This document shows, one piece after another, positions 22,475 through 35,650 of a stretch of DNA of 64,000 nt (positions are counted from its first letter, which is position 1; each line of letters starts with the position of its first letter). Under the pieces are notes generated by a model that was not told where the DNA came from, did no database searches, and saw only the letters and a list, made by a program, of their open reading frames with translations. Made by a program: the position numbers and the translations under genes. This DNA comes from Heptranchias perlo (Eukaryota): NCBI RefSeq assembly GCF_035084215.1, contig NC_090332.1, positions 45,880,001 to 45,944,000 of the forward strand. Direction: 5' to 3'.

Positions 22475-25400
22475 GATATATTTCCAAGTCAGGATGGTGT
22501 ATGACTTGGAGGGGAACGTGCAGGTGGTGTTGTTCCCATGTGCCTGCTGCCCTTGTCCTTTTAGGTGGTAGAGGTCGTGGGTTTGGGAGGTGCAGTCGAA
22601 GAAGCCTTGGCGAGTTGTTGCAGTGCATCCTGTGGATGGTGCACACTGCAGCTACAGTGCGCTGGTGGTGAAGGGAGTGAATGTTTAGGGTGGTGGATGG
22701 GCTGCCAATCAAGCGGGCTGCTTTTTCCTGGATGGTGTCGAGCTTTTTGAGTGTTGTTGGAGCTGCACTCATCCAGGCAAGTGGAGAGTATTCCATCACA
22801 CTCCTGAATTGTGCCTTGTAGATGGTGGAAAGGCTTTGGGGAGTCAGGAGGTGAGTCACTTGCCTCAGAATACCCAGCCTCTGACCTGCTCTTGTAGCCA
22901 CAGTTAAGTTTCTGGTCAATGGTGACCCCCCCCCAGGATGTTGATGGTGGGGAATTCGGCGATGGTAATGCCGTTGAATGTCAAGGGGAGGTGGGTAGAC
23001 CCTCTCTTGTTAGAGATGGTCATTGCCTGGTGCTAATGTTACTTGCCACTTATCAACCAAGCCTGGATGTTGTCCAGGTCTTGCTGCATGCGGGCACGGA
23101 CTGCTTCATTGACTGAGGGGTTGTGAATGGAACTGAACATTGTGCAATCATCAGTGAACATCCCCAATTCTGACCTTATGATGGAGGGAAGGTCATTGAT
23201 GAAGCAGCTGAAGATGGTTGGGCCTTGGACACTGCCCTGAGGAACTCCTGCAGCAATGTCCTGGGGCTGAGATGATTGGCCTCCAACAACCACTACCATC
23301 CTCCTTTGTGCTCGGTATGACTCCAGCCACTGGAGAGTTTTCCCCCTGATTCCCATTGACTTCAATTTTACTAGGGCTCCTTGGTGCCACATTCGGTCAA
23401 ATGCTGCCTTGATGTCAAGGGCAGTCACTCTCACCTCAGCTCTGGAATTCAGCTCTTTTGTCCATGTCTGGACCAAGGCTGTAATGAGGTCTGGAGCTGA
23501 TTGGTCCTGGCGGAACCCAAACTGAGCATCAGCGATTCGGTTATTGGTGAGTAAGTGCCGCTTGATAGCACTGTCGACAACACTTTCCATTACTTTGCTG
23601 ATGATTGAGAGTAGACTGATGGGGCGGTAATTGGCCAGATTGGATTTGTCCTTTTTGTGGACAGGACATACCTGGGCAATTTTCCATATTGTCGGGTAGA
23701 TGCCAGTGTTGTGGCTGTACTGGAACAGTTTGGCTAGAGGCGTGGCTAGTTCTGGAGCACAAGGCTTCAGCACTACAGCCGGATGTTGTCGGGGCTCATA
23801 GCCTTTGCTGTATCCAGTGCACTCAGCCGTTTCTTGATATCACGTGGAGTGAATCGAATTGGCTGAAGACTGGCTTCTGTGACGGTGTGGATATCGGGAG
23901 GAGGTCGAGACGGATCATCCACTCGGCACTTCTGGCTGAAGATGGTTGCAAACGCTTCAGCCTTGTCTTTTGCACTCACGTGCTGGACTCCGCCACCATT
24001 GAGGATGGGGATGTTTACAGAGCCGCCTCCTCCCGTTAATTGTCCACCAGCATTCACGACTGGATGTGGCAGGACTGCAGAGCTTTGATCTCATTCGTTG
24101 GTTGTGGAATCGCTTAGCTCTGTCTATAGCATGTTGCTTCTGCTGTTTAGCATGCATGTAGTCCTGAGTTGTAGCTTCACCAGGTTGGCACCTCATTTTT
24201 AGATGCACCTGGTGCTGGTCCTGGCATGCTCTTCTACACTCCTCATCGAACCAGGGTTGATCCCCTGGCTTGTTGGTAATGGTAAAGTGAGGAATGTGCC
24301 GGGCCAAGAGGTTACAGATTGTGCTGGATTACAATTCTGCTGCTGCTGATGGGCCACAGTGCTTCATGGATGCCCAGTTTTGAGCTGCTCGATCTGATCT
24401 GAATCTATCCTATTTAGCACAGTGATAGTGCCACACAACACGTTGGATGGTGTCCTTCGTGCGAAGACGGGACTTTGTCTCCACGAGCACTGTGCAGTGG
24501 TCACTCTTGCCAATACTGTCATGGACAGATGCATCTGCAACAGGTAGATTGGTGAGGACGAGGTCAAGTAGGTTTTTCCCTCATGTTGGTTCGCTCACCA
24601 CCTGCCGCAGGCTCAGTCTGGCAGCTATGTCCTTCAGGACTCGGCCAGCTTGGTTAGTAGTGGTGCTACTGAGCCACCCTTGGTGATGGACATTAAAGTC
24701 CCCCACCCAGACTACATTCTGTGCCCTTGCTACCCTCGATGCTTCCTCCAAGTGGTGCTCAACATGGAGGAGGACTGATTCATCAGCTGAGGGAGGACGG
24801 TAGGTGGTAATCAACAGGAGGTTTCCTTGCCCATGTTTGACCTGCTGCCATGTGATTTCATGGGGTCCTGAGTCAATGTTGAGGACTCCGAGGGCCACTC
24901 CCTCCTGACTGTATATCACTGCCGGCGGGACAGGACATACCCAGGAATGGTGATAGAAGATTCTGGGACGTTGGCTGAAAGGTATGATTCTGTGAGTATG
25001 GCTATATCAGGCTGTTGCTTGACTAGTCTGTGGGACAGTTCTCCCAATTTTGGCACAAGTCCCCAGATGTTGGTGAGGAGGACTTTGCAGGGTCGACCCG
25101 GCTTGGTTTGCCTTTGTCGTGTCCAGCGCCTTGTGGTCCGATACCGCTTGGTCCATCCGGTTTTATTCTTATGACTTTTTTTAGCGAGATTGTAATAGTG
25201 AGTGGCTTGCTAGGCCATTTCAGAGGGCAATTAAGAATCAACCACATTGCTGTGGGTCTGGAATCACATATAGGCCAGACCAGGTAAAGACGGCAGGTTT
25301 CCTTCCCTAAAGGACATCAGTGAACCAGATGGGTTTTTACGACATTCTGGTAGTTTCATGGCCACCATTGCTGATACTAGTTTTTTAAAATTTAATTCAT

Positions 25401-26072
25401 TGAATTTAAATTCCCCAGCTGCCGTGGCGGGATTTGAACTCATGACTCCGGATTATTAGTCTAGGCCTCTGGATTACTAGTCCAGTAACATAACCACCAT
25501 GTTACCATACCCGAGATCTTAGTAATTTCCTTTTCGTATTTTGCATAACAAATGACAATTGGATTGCATGTGACCTGTGTGTGTGTGTGGATTATAATTG
25601 TGGCAATGTCTAGCCAGATGGAAGGAATTACTTTTTAAATTTATGTCAAATGTTTTCCACAAATTGAATTCTTCATAATTTTGCCAGGATTCCTCTTTTA
25701 CAAAAGTATTTAATTCAAGCACTGTTTTAAAAGAAATACAACTGACAAATCTTTTGTCATCTTGAGAATAATGAGTCAATAAAAGATGTAGGAAGAAACA
25801 GAATTGAATGACAGTCCGATAGAAGAGGTGCCTCTGCTCCCCTGAAAGGTGATCAGTACTTTGCTCATTATTCGCTGGCAACGAGGGCTCTGTTATTGCA
25901 CATCCGCTGTATTTTCTACCTGCATGGGATGATACCAATAGTGATAACCATAGTCTGAATTACAGAATGCTTGTATTTTTTGTTGTCTTGAGCTACCATC
26001 CGTTTTCATGGCTGCTTATTGTGCATGTTAATTTGTAACATTAATATGTACTTTCCTCCATTTTCAAATAAG

Positions 26073-26198
26073 AATCAACAAGCTGGGCAAATGGAGAAGA
26101 TGATCATGTTGTCGCAAGGGCAGAATATGATTTCACTGCTGGCTCTGAAGAAGAGCTCTCATTTCGTTCAAGTGATATGCTGAACCTGGCTCCCAAAG
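26073..26198 (+). CDS. PEX13: PEX13 exon 3 (start of SH3 domain)
   Basis: 126 nt encoding (E)STSWANGEDDHVVARAEYDFTAGSEEELSFRSSDMLNLAPK. AAG acceptor and G|GTCAGT donor; phases agree with neighbouring exons. Confidence 0.96.
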
Positions 26199-26734
26199 GT
26201 CAGTTGCTCAACTATATTTCCAAACCATCAAACCAATAGAGTAAAATATACAAATTATTAAATCTATATATTAGAATGCTGATAAAATTAAAACTCAGTG
26301 CAGCAAACACTGAGGTTTATTTTCTTCCATCCGCTAACGTTAGCAAAAATAGTTGGCATGAATATAAAGTGGGTTTTAGTGAATGGAAGAAAATTTACCA
26401 ATGGTATTGTTTAATAAGAATTGCACATTATTTTACCACAAGAATAATTCTGTCTACAAAATCAATAAAATGGGCTAAACACTTGTCAAGTTACTTTTAC
26501 AGACTGGGAGAATGAATCCCATCCGACTGCAATGCATGACTTTTGCTGAATATAAACTGGACTTGGAAACCAACCTTAGCAGCCAGTTTAAAACTAGAGA
26601 TAGAAATTGCCAGTTTATATTGAATGGTCAGCTTCTCCCACAAAGTAACTCTTCATCACAATAAATCTTCAAGGGATTGCCCAGCAGTCTAGCACTAAAC
26701 TCCCATTTATTGGAAGCGTTTCAAATCGGTTTGA

Positions 26735-26850
26735 ATGCAGCTGTTCAAGAAGGCGGCTCACCACCACCTTCTCAAGGGCAATTAGGGATGGGCAATAAAT
26801 GCTGGCCTTGCCAGCGACGCCCACATCCCATGAACGAATAAACAAAAAAA
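26735..26850 (+). mobile_element. Isolated 3' tail of the 4407/21693 LINE-SINE family
   Basis: GCTCACCACCACCTTCTCAAGGGCAATTAGGGATGGGC...GCCCACATCCC followed by an A-rich tail. Confidence 0.85.
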
Positions 26851-27297
26851 ATTATAGCCCCAACAGGCCTTCAAACCTGATTACTTTTGTGGCTAAGGGA
26901 GTAGTCATTGATTGTTTGCTGGATCAATAAGTGCAGCATTTGTCTCGATTAAAAATCTATAAAGTTATCTGACCTGTACTTCTCCTTTTGTAATAAGCAT
27001 AACATCCACAAGGGCAGTGCGGAAATACAATATGTGTTGTTTTTCCTCCCTTCCCTCGTAAAAGATAAATAACAAAAGAAGACAACTGGGACTAAATTTA
27101 CCGTTTTGAAGATTACTACTGGATGAAAAACAAACTAGTTTCAGAATTTTTTTTTCCCCTCTCAGAAGGCAATCACTCATATTGGGACATGGTTCCATAC
27201 GCACCAGCAACTGTGCAGGTGCATCACCTATGTGGCCATTTTTCATGTATGACTCTAAACAACAACTTGCATTTATATAGCGCCTTTTTCGTAATAA

Positions 27298-27965
27298 AAC
27301 CCAACCCTAATCCTAACTACTACCCTGGACCTCAATCTCACCCTAATGACACCGAACCCCATCTCTACACCCCATCACTTATCTTAACTATCCCGGAATC
27401 CAACCTCACCCCTAATCCTAACTACACCGGACCCAAAGCTCAACCCCAACCCCAATCCTAACTACTGTCTAGGACCCAATCCCACTCCTAATCCTAACTA
27501 CCCCAGTGTCCCACCACCATCTCCAACCCTAATCACAGCTTCTGCCCCGGACCCCAACCCTAACCCTAACTACCCTGGACATTAACGCCAACTACGCTGG
27601 AATGCAAACCCACCCCCAAACCTAATCAATACTGCCCCAGATCCCAACCTCATCCCCAACCCTAATCCTAACTACCCCGGACCCCAATCCTAACTACTAC
27701 CCCTGACCCCAATCCTAACCCTAATCTGAACTACCCCGGAGCCCAATCCCAACCCAACCCTAATCCTAACTATCATGGACCCTAACCCCAATCCTAACTA
27801 CTACCTCAGACCCCAACCCCAACCCTAACCCCAATCCTAAATACCCCGGACCACATCCACAACCCTAATCCTACATAACCTGGACCCTGACCTGTACCCG
27901 GACCTAACCCAAAACCCTCACCCTAAAATACCCCCAACCATGATCCTTATCCTGATCCTAACTAA
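27298..27965. repeat. Degenerate telomere-like (CCCTAA/TCCTAA/CCCCAA) satellite
   Basis: Many CCCTAA variants within a recurring unit like AACCCTAATCCTAACTACCCCGGACCCC. Confidence 0.85.
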
Positions 27966-29064
27966 ACCAGATTTAATCTCTTTCAAGAATTCAACGTATG
28001 CCTCGAATCCCCAACTCTTAATGCTAAAGCCAACTCACAACATTCAAATAAATGATACCAACGGAGCAAACAACCCTAATACAGGAAGTCACAGTTTAAT
28101 GGGGACCAAAATCAACCCCACTACCAAAACCCCAGCCGGGGATAAGAAAATCTACCAAAAAAAAGGATAATGGTAAGTTGAATGGGACAAAAAGCAATAG
28201 AAAGCATGAGCCAAAGTGTCAGGCCCCAGTGAACTTGAGGAATGAGAATACAAGCACAAGAAGGGACAACCACCCTCCTGCCCACACCCCCTAGACAGTG
28301 AGAGTTGGTAGGATGGTTGTCCATATAGGGCATTACAGCTGGCCCTGACCTTATCTTGAATATTTATTTCCACCAGCATACCAACATGTCAGTTTATACA
28401 AAATGTCTACATTAATTCATAGATAAAACTTTTTCTCTCAGCTTTAAAGACATGCTTTTCTTCCCTTTTTCCATAGAGATGGGATGGTTCATGGATAATA
28501 GATTGATAATATCCATCTAGTCCATGGCTTGCCTTTGTACAAATTCAAATTTACCTTAGAAAACAGAGAGTAATGAAGGAAGACAGACCATGATGGATAG
28601 AAAAAAGTTTAGGACGATGACAGAATTTGGGACTGAGTGTGCAAAGGAGAGGTGGTGGGTGAGTGTGTATAAAGAGGTCAATGAGCAGGGAAAAAGTGAA
28701 GAGAAGAAATATAACTAGAAGAAAACGATTGGTGGAGATATCAGACTTCAAGAGTGAGCGAACAGGGAAAGCCAGGCAAATGAAACAAATCAAAATAGGA
28801 GAAAAGTGATTGGTAGGCCTGTGTAAGCTGATGAGCAATATTTGAAGTCCTTACTGTTGAAAAGAAGGACCAGATTGCACGCACAAATGTTTCTAAAGTA
28901 GTGTAACACATTTAATCATCATTACTTGTATGTTATAAAACTAGTGATGATATTGGAAGTTTAAACATGTTGTATAGCAATCTTAATGGGTTTATATTTA
29001 AATTGTTAAAACCTGATCTACAGTCAGTGCCTATTCGCAGTGGAATGTGAATTTTATCACATCT

Positions 29065-29200
29065 TATAATATCATAGTAGGTGCAGCATAGGAGGAGGCC
29101 ATTGGGCCCATCGTGCCTGTGCCGGCTCTTTGAAAGAGCTATCCAATTAGTCGCATTCCCCTGCTCTTTCCCCATAGACCTGTAAATCTTTTCCTTTTGC
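29065..29200 (-). mobile_element. CR1 3' tail
   Basis: Reverse-complement similarity to 4100-4200. Confidence 0.7.
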
Positions 29201-29382
29201 CAAAATGCAGAAAGCATTGGAAACATTTCCCATGAATTGAAATTTGAATAAGGCTTTTCAACACTTTTAGGAGCTAATTCATCAAGCTCTTGGTTATTAT
29301 ATGACCCAGTCCAAAATGCTATGTTTGAGGTGAATTTGGTACTGATGTAAAACATGCTTAATTGTTTTGCTTCTCTTTTCAG

Positions 29383-29693
29383 AACAACAGCCCAAAGTAC
29401 GTGGATGGTTGCTGGCCAGTTTGGATGGTCAAACAACTGGATTAGTGCCAGCCAATTATGTCAGAATTTTAGGTAAAAGACGGGGCAGAAGGCAAGCAGA
29501 GCTGGAACGCATTACAGAGAAACAGCCACAAACACATGGAGGTTCAGCAACTGCAGAAGGAGCTACTGCCATAGAGTCACTGGAGGAACAAGAGGCAGCC
29601 TTTGAATCTGTTTTCACTGAAACACCAGAACATAATAAGGATTCTGTCACTATAGAATCCATAACTACTGGGAAAGATGTAGTGAATGTCTGA
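29383..29693 (+). CDS. PEX13: PEX13 exon 4 (end of SH3 domain, C-terminus)
   Basis: TTTTCAG acceptor; (E)QQPKVRGWLLASLDGQTTGLVPANYVRILGKR...EQEAAFESVF...stop. Joined CDS is 71+698+126+311 = 1206 nt, 401 aa. Confidence 0.98.
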
Positions 29694-29974
29694 CAACACT
29701 AATATTAATAACAGGGAGAAACCTTTCCTTTCTGTAATTCTGGTGTATTAAATGATATTCATAGCTTTTAAGCTTCTATTGTACCAAATTATGATTCTTT
29801 CATCCTTAACTCAGCAACATATTCTTTGAAAAATGATTCAGGTACATAAAAATTTTAATTTTTTTGCCACCTACTAGTGAGTATCCATATCCTTGGCCCA
29901 CATAGACCAGGTAATTCATATCCTTGGCCTATATAGAACAGATAATTATCAGTTACTAAAATCTTTGGATCTTT

Positions 29975-29980
29975 AATAAA
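29975..29980 (+). terminator. Candidate PEX13 polyadenylation signal
   Basis: First AATAAA after the stop codon. Other AATAAA hexamers occur further downstream. Confidence 0.35.
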
Positions 29981-31074
29981 AAGTCCTGAGATTTCAACAA
30001 CTTTGACAATTGACCCATAAGCTTAGTCTGTGTGTTGGTCTGTCTGTAAATAAACTTCTTCTTGGGGGACTTGGATTTTTTTTCAACAAAATTGGCTACT
30101 GTTGGTTATATTGATGTAATTCAAAGTATATTGCAAAGCTGTATCCATCCCTAAAATTTGAATACTCAGGTTTTTTTGTATTTGTGTAACTGGTGGCATT
30201 CTGGTAAGTTTGGTAGTAAACCTGTAGCTGGTGATGCGACTGCTGCTTGATGACGTTAATTAGATCATTATACTACAATGTGTATTAACTCAAAAACACA
30301 TCGGTTATAGCAAACATTTGAAGCAAACGAGATTTTTTAAAAACTGTTCACATTATCCATCAATAATAGTTTCACGAGTGAAATTAATATACGTCTGACA
30401 TGACGCCCCTAATTAATTGGATAACCATGGAACTGGTACTAGTTTACTATTGGTTTACTAGAATGTTATGATTTGTAAAGTAATCCCGACAAGGAGAAAT
30501 AGTCAAACTGTAGCAATGGCAGCTGAGTAAAATTGTAGAATCCGATAAAGAGTGAATTTAATGTCCAACCCAGTGTGACAATTTGGATGTTACCTGATGA
30601 AGGTAATAAATAGTGAAACATAATTGTAAAGTAAGAATGTAGGAAGTCTGCTGAATAGTTATTTGCATAATTTAATATTAACTGATATTTTCATGTGGGT
30701 ACATAAATTTCTTAACCAATTCTCTTCAAAGATTATTACAATAATATCAGTCAATAAAATATACAGAGAATGGGAAGTTTCCATTCAGAGTGCTCATTGC
30801 ATTGTGAAAATTTGTACATTTTGTTGATTTAATATAATGCTTCCTCCTCATAATGTTCCATACCTCTGTGCTACATGTATTTTCAAGGGGGCGAGTGAAT
30901 GGATCATTGCCCTAGAGATGAATAAATAAGGCAACTAAGTCTCTTAAATTAGGCCTGTGCAATTATTTAAATAATTTATAATAATCTGTGTAAATAATTG
31001 CAGGTGTATAAATTGCTTCCATATAGTGGATTTAATTTTTTCTCCACTTTATGATCCCTGTGACTCTGAATAAA

Positions 31075-31390
31075 TACACCTGCACCCAGTGTGGTATTGA
31101 GCCTGTAGATCAGGAGAGTCCCAGGTTCAATCCCTGGTCTGCACTGAGTTAGCTGATTTTAGCTGGGGTGGTAATGTGGTAGAATTGACCTCTGAGCCCC
31201 TTCAATGAGCCAAGGATCACACTCGAGGTTAAAAAAAAATGTTTTGTAGATGTCATTTTAAGGGTGTGCTGCATTCATGGTTCAATAGCCTACTGGTGTA
31301 CTTGAAGAATAGCCACAAGGCCAAGGAGAGCTGTCAGTGCCAATGAGGATCAAATCCCAGTATAAGATTTCCATCAGAAAAGCAGAGGGA
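31075..31390 (+). mobile_element. Old tRNA-derived SINE-like copy
   Basis: B-box-like GGTTCAATCCC followed by CTGAGTTAGCTGAT. Related copies at 33105-33470 (-), 42500-42850 (+) and 43400-43750 (-). Confidence 0.55.
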
Positions 31391-32551
31391 AATTATAACA
31401 ATAAAAAAAAATTCATAATTTCTGATAGGTAACAGTTCCATGGTAAAATATTGTCCAGTGTCGATCTCAATTCCTAAGGTGAAATTGAAGAATGCGGATC
31501 AAATGGGGAGCAAGTGGTACAATGGGTTCAGCAGTGTCCCATCACCTTTAGGGGCCTGGATTTGAATCTAGAATTAATTCTATTGGCTGTTAAGGCATTG
31601 TAAGTGAAATGATTTTGAAGCTATTTTAGTCCAGTTCCAATGAACATAAATCCAAAAAAGTAATCTACCCTCCAATTTCCACATAATTTCAATTAACTTG
31701 GAATAGACAGTTCGGAGGGTTTTTTTGGTGGGTGGGGGGTGGTGTTGGGAGTCTGTGAGGTTAGATTGTAAACACCTTGTCAATGTGGGTGGGGGAATTC
31801 AGAGTTGACTCTTGGTAGATCTGATGACTAAACGAAAAGTAGACTGCAAAATTATTGTCCTTCACTAGTTATATACTGGATCCAGAAAGTTTGAACTTTG
31901 GAGATCTTACAAGCAAACGAGATCAAGTGGTTTTCTTTTTAATTAATACAATGGCCTGTTGAATCAATCATCTTGTATAATTTAACATTTTAAGAAGTGT
32001 TCTATGTGGTGTATATATTTATTTATATGCAGCTTAGTTTTAGCAGTGGTTTCCTACCACAAACAAACGATCCAACTGTGGTGGATGTGTGCTCATAACC
32101 CCCGAGGGGTGACATTAGGTACTACAGAAAGGATCCAGGCTATCAATATAGTAAATTTAAATGTTTTCAATTAACCCCTTTAGGACATATATGCTATTAT
32201 AGCTACTATTTCAAAAGATGTTTAGGGCAGCATGTCATACCTTGTTCTCAGTTTGATTCTCTAAACTTAGTATCAGATTCCAGAAAGCTGGTCATGAGAA
32301 TTTGATTCAAATTCTAGATCTAACCACCATAGAATCAAGTCAAAATTGCCACTGCTCAAAGTAAAATAAAAATACATCTCAATTTTTTGTACCTATAGTT
32401 TTCTGCAAATATAAAAGTTCTCTATGAAATGTTGGACCAGGTAGCTTACCATCAGTGTTCAGTTATATGGAAATAAGTTTCCAAGAAAGGCGATCGGAGC
32501 AAATAATGAGTTCAAAAGATAAGGTTCAGATTTGCCAAAAAAGATTGAGGC

Positions 32552-32940
32552 TTTTTTTTCTATTTGTTCTTGGGATGTGGGCGACTGGCAAGGCCGTTTT
32601 TATTGCCTATCTCTAGTGGCCCTGAGAAAGTGGTTATGGACATTGTTCTTGAACTGCTGCAGTCCTTGTAGTAATGGTGCTCCCTAAATTGTGCTAAGTA
32701 AGGAATTCCAGGATATTGACCCAGCACGATGAAGAAATGGCGATATATATCTATGTCACGGTGGTGTGTGACTTTGAGGGGAACTTGGATGTGAAGGTAC
32801 TTCTAAGACGTTGGTTCTTTTCTCCTTCTTAGTGGTAGAGGTCACGGGAGGGAATTGTAATGCGTCCTGTAGGTTGTACAAAATGCAGCCACAATATGCT
32901 GGTGATGGAGGGGGTGGATATTAAGCTGGTGACAGGAGTG
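32552..32940 (-). mobile_element. Old 3' fragment of the 4407/21693 LINE family
   Basis: Colinear similarity with 4410-4760. Confidence 0.8.
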
Positions 32941-35429
32941 ATATTTGTTACAACAAATGGCCTTTTCCTAACGTTTTCTCTGTTGCTTTGATTTGTGGCT
33001 ATGATATAGAGTAGAAAGGTGCATTAAATTTGATCTGATCCCCTACTTCTGGCAGGGGACATGTAGGACTTCGTTTACAAAACAAAAAAGTGTGCTTGTG
33101 TATTTGTCCCTAATTTTCTCTCCTGAAAGCATCCATTCCTTGTTTGGCGTACAGTTCCATGGGCACCAGGCAGCCTCTCTTACATTGCCCTAGTCACCAT
33201 TATTTATGTGTGAATCTGGACCGTGTCAGTGGGCTATTCAATTACAGCCAGGTGTGATCCTGCCTTCACCCTTCTTCCACACACACGCATTTACATCTGA
33301 CATCCCTGTACAGTGTTAGGAAAGGAACCCTGGTGTTGAGGCTAGTTGTAGTGGGTCAAGTGTCACTCTGGCTAAGATCAGTGAACTCAGCACAGACCAA
33401 GGACAGAACGTAGACCTTTCTGGTCTGTAAGGCTCCGCTTAGATAAACTTGATGAGTCGTCACGAGAGCCAAAATTGTTCCTGAATAGAAGCCGTTCATT
33501 TATAGTTGTCATTTTCACAACAGCAGGAATAGTTTAGCAAGGTTCAACCCTCTGTTTACCTACGTATACGATGATTAGTTTATCACGTGCTGTATGGTTT
33601 TGAGATGGTGAACAAAAGAGGTGAAAATTGTGGGTGCTTTGAACTTCCATTGGGACTTGTATAAATTTTTGGGATCATAAATCTTTCAGGCTAAAATTGT
33701 GTAGGGCAGTTTTTTGCTGTATCTCAACACTCACCTCCAGAAATCAACTGTTCTAGGTGTTTTTGTAGAAATGGCTTATATGATTCTAGACCATTTTACA
33801 ATTATCAGTATGGTACATATATTAAATGTCTGTTACACAATGAACAAATTGGGGCTGGAAGCTGCACAGGACTGGTGCAAGAAATTGAGAACAGCTTGAT
33901 CGAGAATTGAATACCTTGTGATTGAAATAACACTGACTTATTAGGGAGTTCAATAGAGCGCACTTGGATCTATCTTAAAGGGTATAAAAGTAACTGAAAA
34001 CTGGCTACATTCATGTGAATCATTTTCTCAACTTTTGAGAGAACTTGAATTTCTAGTTGAAGCTGTGAAATGATAGTGAGTGAACCATATTCTATGCATA
34101 AACTATATAGGTAAACAGGAACATTGGTGTGACTATATGTTTACTTCAGCCAATTTAGAAAATAACATCTAACATATTTAGAAAATAATATCCATAGGTA
34201 TGTAAAAAAACATTTTTCAAAGAATATTTTTCTATCTTTTTGTGCAGTCACATACTAAAGCAATGTTGAGGCATCTTTTACTGCTAATTTGCAGAAAAAT
34301 TCTGAATCTCTTCATGAAAACATTTTGTTAATGCATGAAATTGTAGCTATTTACAAAGCAATGTTAAGAGTAAAAAACTATTTCAAGCCATTTTTTAAGG
34401 AGACACATCAGCCATAGACGAACTGGAGAATATATTGTATTGTCCACAAGCTGCATTTGCCAGCATCTGATGTCACTTAAATATTTTAATGGTAATCATC
34501 AAGTTACACGTACGGACATCGTAGCTATGCTTTGAACAGTTGTGTATTACAGGTTAAGAGTATATTTATCACTGCATGAGCATAACTTATGTGGATTATC
34601 TAGAAGCCATTTTAGAGAACTTGATAAACTATGCACTTATTTTTGTAATAAAATTAGTTTTGCCACAAAAATTAGTTTTTTTGAATTACAAACTGTACTT
34701 CTAAAAGTTCACAATGTAGTTTTGATTTGAAGTTACGTAATTCAAATCTTTTAGGAAAAAAGGTAAATGCTATTTTAATTGTGTTGCTTAATTGGAATTA
34801 CTAGATAACTCAATTTTTTGTGCAAAAATGACAGAATTAACAGGAATAGTCTGTACTGTGTAAATTACAGTTTCACCTTGACCTTCAAAGTCTATGGAGA
34901 GATATTTGTGCTTTTAAAATGACACATTTTAAATTCCATAACATTGGTAATTATGCTTTTATTTTAAATAGTTTATATTGAGTATTATTAATGTAAAACT
35001 TGAACTTTTTTAAAGCCTTTTTTGAGGTCTCAATTGAGGTAGAAGTAACTTGGGTAAACTTGGCAGTCAAAGGAAAGAGCCACCTTAGTATTAGTGCTAC
35101 ATTGAGCACCATTATCATGTTCTGAAAAGTTAGTAGACATAATAGCTTACAAATTAATTATACTTCCCACAACATGCTACATATGCTGTGATATTGATGA
35201 AGATAATTATTTGTAATTTCAAAAATAAACGGCCCAAGTCATCACCTAATCATTGTGGCAGAGAAGTGTGTGTCCCAGACCAGCACAGTCTCCAGGCTGA
35301 AGTTGTAAGATTGGAAGCAGGCAATAGTATTTGTTTCTTTTATTACAATAAAAATACATATTGATCATTTTTTGTTCAGTCTTTTGCTGCAGAAACTGCA
35401 GTCCTCGAAGTGTTAAAATGAAGGTTGAA

Positions 35430-35510
35430 CTACCTTAAGATGGAATGATAAAACAGTGGCTGGTTGTAGATTATGAATGATTTTTTTGACAAATAGGAAA
35501 ATGCTTGTTC
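35430..35510 (-). other. Candidate terminal exon of the coiled-coil gene (coding only if the upstream TGA is bypassed or spliced out)
   Basis: Strong acceptor CTTTTGTTTTGTTGTAACAG|G, in phase with the CAA|GTAAAT donor at 35605. Encodes EQAFSYLSKKSFIIYNQPLFYHSILR then TAG. Minus-strand AATAAA at 35344-35339. Confidence 0.5.
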
Positions 35511-35650
35511 CTGTTACAACAAAACAAAAGCAATATATGTTAAAGTGTTATGGATGTTCCACTTAGAATCATTTGAAAATACAGAAACTGCGAAAGACAA
35601 TTTACTTGCAATGTGTTCCGATGTACTTGCTGCATACGCTGCTGTTCAAA

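Larger units (their letters stand above)
21693..25515 (-). mobile_element. Apparently full-length degenerate LINE with a tRNA-SINE-like 5' head and a single EN-RT frame
   Basis: A-box-like TGGTAACATGGTGG (25507-25494) and B box GAGTTCAAATCC (25441-25430). APE N-terminus KVLLTNIWGL...DIAILTESY from about 25086, then RT motifs and the GCCCACATCCC tail. Confidence 0.88.

Noticed and set aside
25425-25515. Functional tRNA gene
   Set aside because: A and B boxes are present but no cloverleaf is evident. It is a SINE-type head repeated at about 62220-62290.
30589-30630. Second hammerhead-like motif (TTAC-CTGATGA...GAAA...GTAA)
   Set aside because: Stem II cannot pair convincingly and there is no Penelope context, so it is probably chance or dead.
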